This document shows positions 60,009-64,000 of a DNA stretch of 64,000 nt, one piece after another; position 1 is the first letter of the stretch; each line of letters begins with the position of its first letter. A program made the position numbers and the translations under genes. The notes under the pieces are model-generated. The model was not told where the DNA came from. It made no database searches and saw only the letters and a program-made list of their open reading frames with translations. The stretch lies in the NCBI GenBank assembly GCA_964503475.1, contig CAZCZU010000006.1:18610-82609 (forward strand), written 5' to 3'. The DNA is from an uncultured Zetaproteobacteria bacterium. Lineage in GTDB: Bacteria; Pseudomonadota; Zetaproteobacteria; Mariprofundales; Mariprofundaceae.

Positions 60009-60341
60009 TTAATTCGCTGCTGAGAAGGTCTCCTTCATCCAGGTGTAGAGCCGGGCGGTGGTGAGCTCATCCAGCGGCATATCCTCGAATTCGTCGAAGG
60101 GATCCTGATCTCTGAGGCAGAACTGGTAGGTGACCACCTCGGGGGCCTGATCGTGCATGATCAACAGGATGCGCTTGCCCGTTTTCAGGCAGTCGATGGT
60201 GATGGCATCGGCCGGGATGCCGCGCTTGCGCATATGCTTGTTCACCCCGATCAACGGATCGATCTTCTCGAAATCGCGCTGGATATCGGCCTGGGCTGCG
60301 GTGGCCCGCTCGTAGACCTGGGTTAACGGTGTCTGCGTCAT
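60009..60341 (-). CDS. Hypothetical 110-aa protein of unknown family (copy C, intact)
   Basis: Intact ORF whose stop lies 3 nt from the abiEii stop. Two further partial copies in the island (57244.. and 58209..) share its C-terminal half. I recognised no family motifs. Confidence 0.6.
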   Translation of the reverse strand: MTQTPLTQVYERATAAQADIQRDFEKIDPLIGVNKHMRKRGIPADAITIDCLKTGKRILLIMHDQAPEVVTYQFCLRDQDPFDEFEDMPLDELTTARLYTWMKETFSAAN

Positions 60342-60467
60342 GCCAGCTCCCCCTTTCGATAAGCCCCGAACATAACAGCCCCCCTCCCCCGGACAAGTGA
60401 CGGCCTGCGATTGTATCCATACTTATTTTATGGCTAAACTTACCTCAAGGAGTGAGGGGAGGATGCC

Positions 60468-60623
60468 ATGGAAACAGAAGAGCAGCAGAAACGGGGCATG
60501 CCCCTGGGCGCCAAGGTGTTTATCGGGGTGCTGATCCTCGTCTTTATCCTGGTCGGCCTCGAGATGGTGGTGACCACCATGTTCATCGACAAATTCGCCC
60601 CGGCCGCCAGGCACAGCCACTAA
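60468..60623 (+). CDS. Candidate 51-aa single-TM small membrane protein
   Basis: ATG 60468 is preceded by GGAGG (60458-60462). Translation: METEEQQKRGMPLGAKVFIGVLILVFILVGLEMVVTTMFIDKFAPAARHSH-TAA, with one clear hydrophobic helix. Below the ORF-track length cutoff. Confidence 0.35.
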   Translation: METEEQQKRGMPLGAKVFIGVLILVFILVGLEMVVTTMFIDKFAPAARHSH

Positions 60624-60655
60624 CCCCCTGCCATCCATACCTCCTCTCACCAACT

Positions 60656-60691
60656 TTGACATTCCTTATTCCGGAATCCAGAATAAGGAAT
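60656..60691 (+). promoter_or_regulatory. Promoter with an embedded palindromic operator upstream of the wHTH gene
   Basis: TTGACA (60656-60661), a 17-nt spacer, then CAGAAT (60679-60684). A perfect 11-bp inverted repeat ATTCCTTATTC (60661-60671) / GAATAAGGAAT (60681-60691) spans the spacer and the -10. A GAGGTG SD precedes GTG 60706. Confidence 0.5.
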
Positions 60692-60705
60692 TATCGAGGT
60701 GTGAT

Positions 60706-61215
60706 GTGGAACTCAAGGCTCTGGATCTTTATGTGGCACTGAAACTGGTCGTTCTCAGAAACGAACCATGCGCCATGCAATCGATCGGCGAAGCTCTGGG
60801 CATGAGTGCCTCCAGGGTACACGCCTCCATCCACCGGCTGATCAAGGCCAGGCTGGTACGCAAGGACAAGGGCTACAAACCCATTCTGGCCAATCTTAAA
60901 GAGTTTATCGTGCATGGTGCCGCCTTCGCCTTTGTACCGGAAATTGGTGAGCCGACACGTGGGCTGCCGACGGCATCGTTTGCCCCACCTCTTGAGCAGG
61001 CATTTGTCGATTCGGGAGCGCTGCCGCATGTCTGGCCCGACCCCGAAGGAGAGGTGCGCGGCATCTCCTTTTCGCCACTGCACAAGGCCGCTCCCAAGGC
61101 AGCCCGCAAAGACCGGGAACTGTACGAACTGCTGGCCCTGGTGGATGCCATCCGCGGTGGCCGGGCCCGGGAGAAGCGGATGGCAATCGAGATCATCAGC
61201 CAAAGGCTCACCTGA
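60706..61215 (+). CDS. Winged-helix (MarR/AbiEi-like) DNA-binding protein, putative antitoxin/regulator
   Basis: 169 aa, GTG start. The N-terminal ALDLYVALKLVVLRNEPCAMQSIGEALGMSASRVHASIHRLIKARLV is wHTH-like. Its stop is 1 nt before the ATG of the NTase gene. Confidence 0.55.
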   Translation: MELKALDLYVALKLVVLRNEPCAMQSIGEALGMSASRVHASIHRLIKARLVRKDKGYKPILANLKEFIVHGAAFAFVPEIGEPTRGLPTASFAPPLEQAFVDSGALPHVWPDPEGEVRGISFSPLHKAAPKAARKDRELYELLALVDAIRGGRAREKRMAIEIISQRLT

Positions 61216-61216
61216 G

Positions 61217-61919
61217 ATGATCGCGCACGATCCGAACATCGACATACTGGAGATGGCCGTCGGGGGCTCGGCCCGCTCATCCACGAGGTGGTCTTTCTCG
61301 GCGGCTGTGCGACGGGCCGCTGATCACCGATCCGGCCGCCCCTCTCATTCGCGAGACCAACGATGTGGATGTGATTGTCGAGATTGCCAGCCGTCACGAT
61401 TATCACCTGCTGGCGGAGAAGCTGCGCCGGCTTGGTTTGAAGGAGGACACGCGCGAAGGGGCTCCGCTCTGCCGTTGGCTGTACCGCCGGGTCGCTGTCG
61501 ATGTGATGCCAACAGATAGTGCCATCCTGGGCTTCAGCAATCGCTGGTATGGCGATGCCATGCGCAGCGCAACGCCTGTTCGGTTACCCGGTGGCGCAGA
61601 GATACAGCTTGTCGCCGCGCCCTATTTTCTGGCCACCAAACTGGAAGCCTTTCATGGCCGGGGAAGGGGTGACTACATCATCAGCCATGACCTGGAAGAC
61701 CTGATCGCCGTCGTCGATGGCAGGGCTACGATCTCAGAAGAGGTGCAGGCTGCCCCGGAGGCGCTGCAGGCATACCTGGCGGAAGCATTCGCACATCTGT
61801 TGGCCAACGACACCTTTCAGGATGCCATTCCAGGCTATCTGCCGGGAGATGCCGCCAACCAGGCACGGGTCCCAACGCTCCTTGAGCGTATGGGGCGGAT
61901 TGCAAACCTGAACGGATAA
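61217..61919 (+). pseudogene. Pol-beta-fold nucleotidyltransferase gene with two frameshifts in its first ~35 codons
   Basis: Three frames join to give MIAHDPNIDILEMAVGG / GLGPLIHEVVFLGGCATG / LLITDPAAPLIRETNDVDVIVEIASRHDY... The first shift lies in the G5 run at 61262-61266, the second near 61317-61320. The GG...DVD NTase motif straddles the shifts. The long ORF 61365..61919 is the remainder. Confidence 0.7.
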
Positions 61920-61920
61920 C

Positions 61921-62265
61921 TCAACAGGTGAGATGGATGGCGGCGACGAGACCCGGCGTATCCGGCGCCAACTCGTTATAAAGCCGGACCGCCTCGCGCG
62001 AGCGGGCCACATGCACCGCCATCCCTTCGGCCTCAAGCAAGCCGACCACCCGATCGGGCACCCACATCGCCCCGGCAAAGCCGTGGCCGATGATCAGTAT
62101 CGCCGGGGGCGCCTCAAGCACGGCGGCCAGATCCTCGATATGCAGGTAGTGCCCCTCGCGCCGCCACCAGTGGGCCTGGACACGGTCCGGGAAGAGGATG
62201 ACATCCTCGCTATATTCGCGCCCGTCAATGACGATACGGCCGAATTCGTAGGCATCGATATGCAT
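61921..62265 (-). CDS. Mth938-like (DUF498) domain protein
   Basis: Start at ATG 62265 (MHIDAYEFGRIVIDGREYSEDVILFPDRVQAHWWRREGHYLHIEDL), the family pattern. An alternative ATG is at 62277. Its stop is 1 nt from the stop of the NTase pseudogene. Confidence 0.75.
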   Translation of the reverse strand: MHIDAYEFGRIVIDGREYSEDVILFPDRVQAHWWRREGHYLHIEDLAAVLEAPPAILIIGHGFAGAMWVPDRVVGLLEAEGMAVHVARSREAVRLYNELAPDTPGLVAAIHLTC

Positions 62266-62339
62266 GCCCACGAGCATAGCAGGCGAGATGGGGTCGCGAG
62301 TCTGCTTTAATGCATGACAACACCCCATGGGAGGAGACC

Positions 62340-62936
62340 ATGCCCCTGATCCGCCTTGCCACCCTGTGCGCCGCAACCCTGCTGCTCGCCGCCTGTGCGC
62401 CGCGTATGACCGAGCTGCCGCAGCCGCCCGAGCGCCTGAGCCAGTACGGCTACTCCTTCATGCCGCTGGATGAGCCGGGCTGGAAGGTGGGAGGCCGCGA
62501 CGGCCAGCGGATCATCCTGGGGCGTATCGGCCAAAGCCCTGATGCGACGGTGGTGATCATGGCCGGCAATGCCCCCATCCCCCATTTCACCAGCCGCGCC
62601 GGGTTCGAATCCTATGTGCGCGACAAAATACACAGCGACAACCACGCCGGCGGCCGCTTTACCGTGCAGACGGAGGAGATACAGCCCATGCACCATGACG
62701 GCGCCGACTGTATGCAGGCGCATGTGGTCAGCATCGACCACCAGGCGAAGAAACGCTCGGGCAGGAAGGGCGCCATGAGCCTCGAACTGCTGCAGCTCAC
62801 CTGCCGCCACCCGCATGACGACGGCACCGCAACCTTCCTCGGCTACTCGCAACGCGCCTACCCGGAGAGGCGCGATCCTGACTTCATGCACAAGGGAGAG
62901 CGGCTGATCGACAGCCTGCGCTTCTCGAAGTTCTAA
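62340..62936 (+). CDS. Hypothetical lipoprotein
   Basis: Start at ATG 62340 (MPLIRLATLCAATLLLAAC, lipobox LAAC). I recognised no family. Confidence 0.55.
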   Translation: MPLIRLATLCAATLLLAACAPRMTELPQPPERLSQYGYSFMPLDEPGWKVGGRDGQRIILGRIGQSPDATVVIMAGNAPIPHFTSRAGFESYVRDKIHSDNHAGGRFTVQTEEIQPMHHDGADCMQAHVVSIDHQAKKRSGRKGAMSLELLQLTCRHPHDDGTATFLGYSQRAYPERRDPDFMHKGERLIDSLRFSKF

Positions 62937-63622
62937 TCCGCCTGCTCGCGCCAGGCGCGGATCGTGGCCAGCGAACGGCCGTAGTGATAGCGGATCTGGG
63001 CATCCGAATAACGATGCGCAGCCCCCACCGGGCAGGCATTGCGCGCCAGGCACTGGTGGCTGCAGGGGGATGCCTCCTGCAGGCGATAATCGATGCAGCG
63101 CGTCAGCCTGCTCGCCTCGTCGACCAACGCCCCGGCCGGGCAGGCCGCCACACACGGCTTGTCGATGCAGGAGGCGCAGACATCCGGCCACTCCGCTTTG
63201 GGTGTGGCCGGCATTGCGCTATCGGCCAGGGCCACGGCCCGGTAGGCGTACCAGGAGCCCCACTGCCCGTTCACCCCGACCATGAACGGGGAGCGATGAT
63301 GCCAGCCGGCCAGCTCACCCAGGGCCTGCAACGGCAGCCGGGGCTGCCCGAACGGAAAAAGCAGCCGGTGACGCACCCCCTGCCCCGCAAACCAGTCCGC
63401 CACGACGGCGGCCGAATAGGCATCGACCGGATCCGCATCCGTCACATAATCGGAGGCCTGCAACGCCTGCCACATACAGGGCCCGGCATGGCCGAAGAGG
63501 TGCAGCTGGCGATACGACTCGTCACCCGCTGCCTCCAGCAGGGGTACACGGATCGAATCGGGCAGTGCCGCCACATCGATGATGGCGTGCAGGTTCAGGC
63601 CGGAATCGCCGGGATCAGGCAT
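62933..63622 (-). CDS. 4Fe-4S cluster-binding (ferredoxin-type) domain protein of unknown function
   Basis: 229 aa. C-terminal cysteine motifs CASCIDKPCVAACP and CSHQCLARNACP resemble two CxxCxxCxxxCP-type clusters. Confidence 0.5.
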   Translation of the reverse strand: MPDPGDSGLNLHAIIDVAALPDSIRVPLLEAAGDESYRQLHLFGHAGPCMWQALQASDYVTDADPVDAYSAAVVADWFAGQGVRHRLLFPFGQPRLPLQALGELAGWHHRSPFMVGVNGQWGSWYAYRAVALADSAMPATPKAEWPDVCASCIDKPCVAACPAGALVDEASRLTRCIDYRLQEASPCSHQCLARNACPVGAAHRYSDAQIRYHYGRSLATIRAWREQAD

Positions 63623-64000
63623 CGCTGGCGCGTGTATCGAGCATGGCGCGAATCATTGCCGCCAGCTCACCGAAATGAAACGGCTTGTTGATCACCTGGC
63701 AAAAGGCATCCCCATTGGAAGGGTCGAGCACATGATCCTTATCATATCCGGTGGCCAGGATCACCGGCAGGGTCGCATCGATGCCACGCAGCTCGCTTAG
63801 CAGCTCCGCCCCGCCCATGCGCGGCATGATCACATCGCTGATCACCAGGGCCACCGGCTCCTCACTCCGGCGCAGCATCTCCAGCGCCTCGATACCATCG
63901 TTCGCCACCTGCACCCGATAGCCCATCTTGCCGAGCACCTGGCGCCCCACTTCGCGCAGGCTCGCCTCATCATCGACCAGCAGCAGTGTCTCGCCCCGGC
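63615..64000 (-). CDS. Response-regulator receiver domain protein (or the C-terminal receiver of a hybrid kinase); the 5' end lies outside the window
   Basis: The reverse frame continues to the window edge (GETLLLVDDEASLREVGRQVLGKMGYRV...VISDVIMPRMGG...NKPF), with the CheY-like DD/D/K residues. Confidence 0.8.
   Translation of the reverse strand, partial: RGETLLLVDDEASLREVGRQVLGKMGYRVQVANDGIEALEMLRRSEEPVALVISDVIMPRMGGAELLSELRGIDATLPVILATGYDKDHVLDPSNGDAFCQVINKPFHFGELAAMIRAMLDTRASDA

Noticed and set aside
60423-60742. ORFs 60423..60662 (minus, 79 aa) and 60452..60742 (plus, 96 aa).
   Set aside because: Their compositions are implausible (His/Asp/Gly or Arg/Pro/Gly-rich). The plus ORF runs through the promoter/operator palindrome and into the wHTH gene in another frame. 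The 51-codon TM ORF with a proper SD is a better, though still tentative, reading of this region.

Overview
High-GC chromosome segment from a Gram-negative, proteobacterium-like organism (LptD, SurA, LpxC and an RND/OMF efflux system are present). Most of the window is tightly packed housekeeping DNA. From 1 to 9.4 kb lies the distal dcw cell-division cluster (ftsW-murG-murC-murB-ddl-ftsQ-ftsA-ftsZ-lpxC), with ATGA start/stop overlaps between most genes. From 9.4 to 48.5 kb there are, in order: a permease-permease-nagZ operon, ubiG, lptD-surA-pdxA, folE, an OMF-MFP-RND efflux operon, uup, an NfeD/SPFH pair, DUF4390-ntrY-ntrX-trkA-trkH, rnr, tRNA-Leu(CAG), xerD, citrate synthase, a peptidoglycan-remodelling pair (M15 peptidase plus a frameshifted LdtD-like L,D-transpeptidase) and a BASS transporter. 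The accessory part is a defence/toxin-antitoxin island of about 13.4 kb (about 48.56 to 61.92 kb) that looks more AT-rich by eye. It starts with a type IB restriction-modification operon. The hsdS-hsdR junction of that operon holds two tandem modules built on Xre-HTH::ImmA/IrrE (COG2856) metalloprotease fusions: one pairs with a HigB-like RelE-fold toxin, the other with a PIN-like DUF4411 protein. The first module is bracketed by a 45-nt duplication of the hsdS 3' end. Downstream of hsdR are three different Pol-beta nucleotidyltransferase modules: a minimal NTase plus an RHH protein, a canonical AbiEi/AbiEii pair, and a wHTH protein plus a frame-disrupted NTase. Each of the first three plus-strand units of the island (hsdR, NTase/RHH, AbiE) is followed tail-to-tail by a copy of one small unknown minus-strand ORF: one intact, one a 174-nt identical fragment, one a diverged chimera. 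That is a cassette-like architecture I cannot assign to any described system. A 9-bp direct repeat (CTCAACAGG) sits at both island edges. Four frame disruptions (a VanZ in-frame TGA, one frameshift in the LdtD-like gene, two frameshifts in the last NTase) may be real decay or assembly indels. I saw no rRNA, CRISPR array, transposase or phage structural genes. All functional calls rest on motif and family recognition from the translated ORFs and on synteny; no searches were run.
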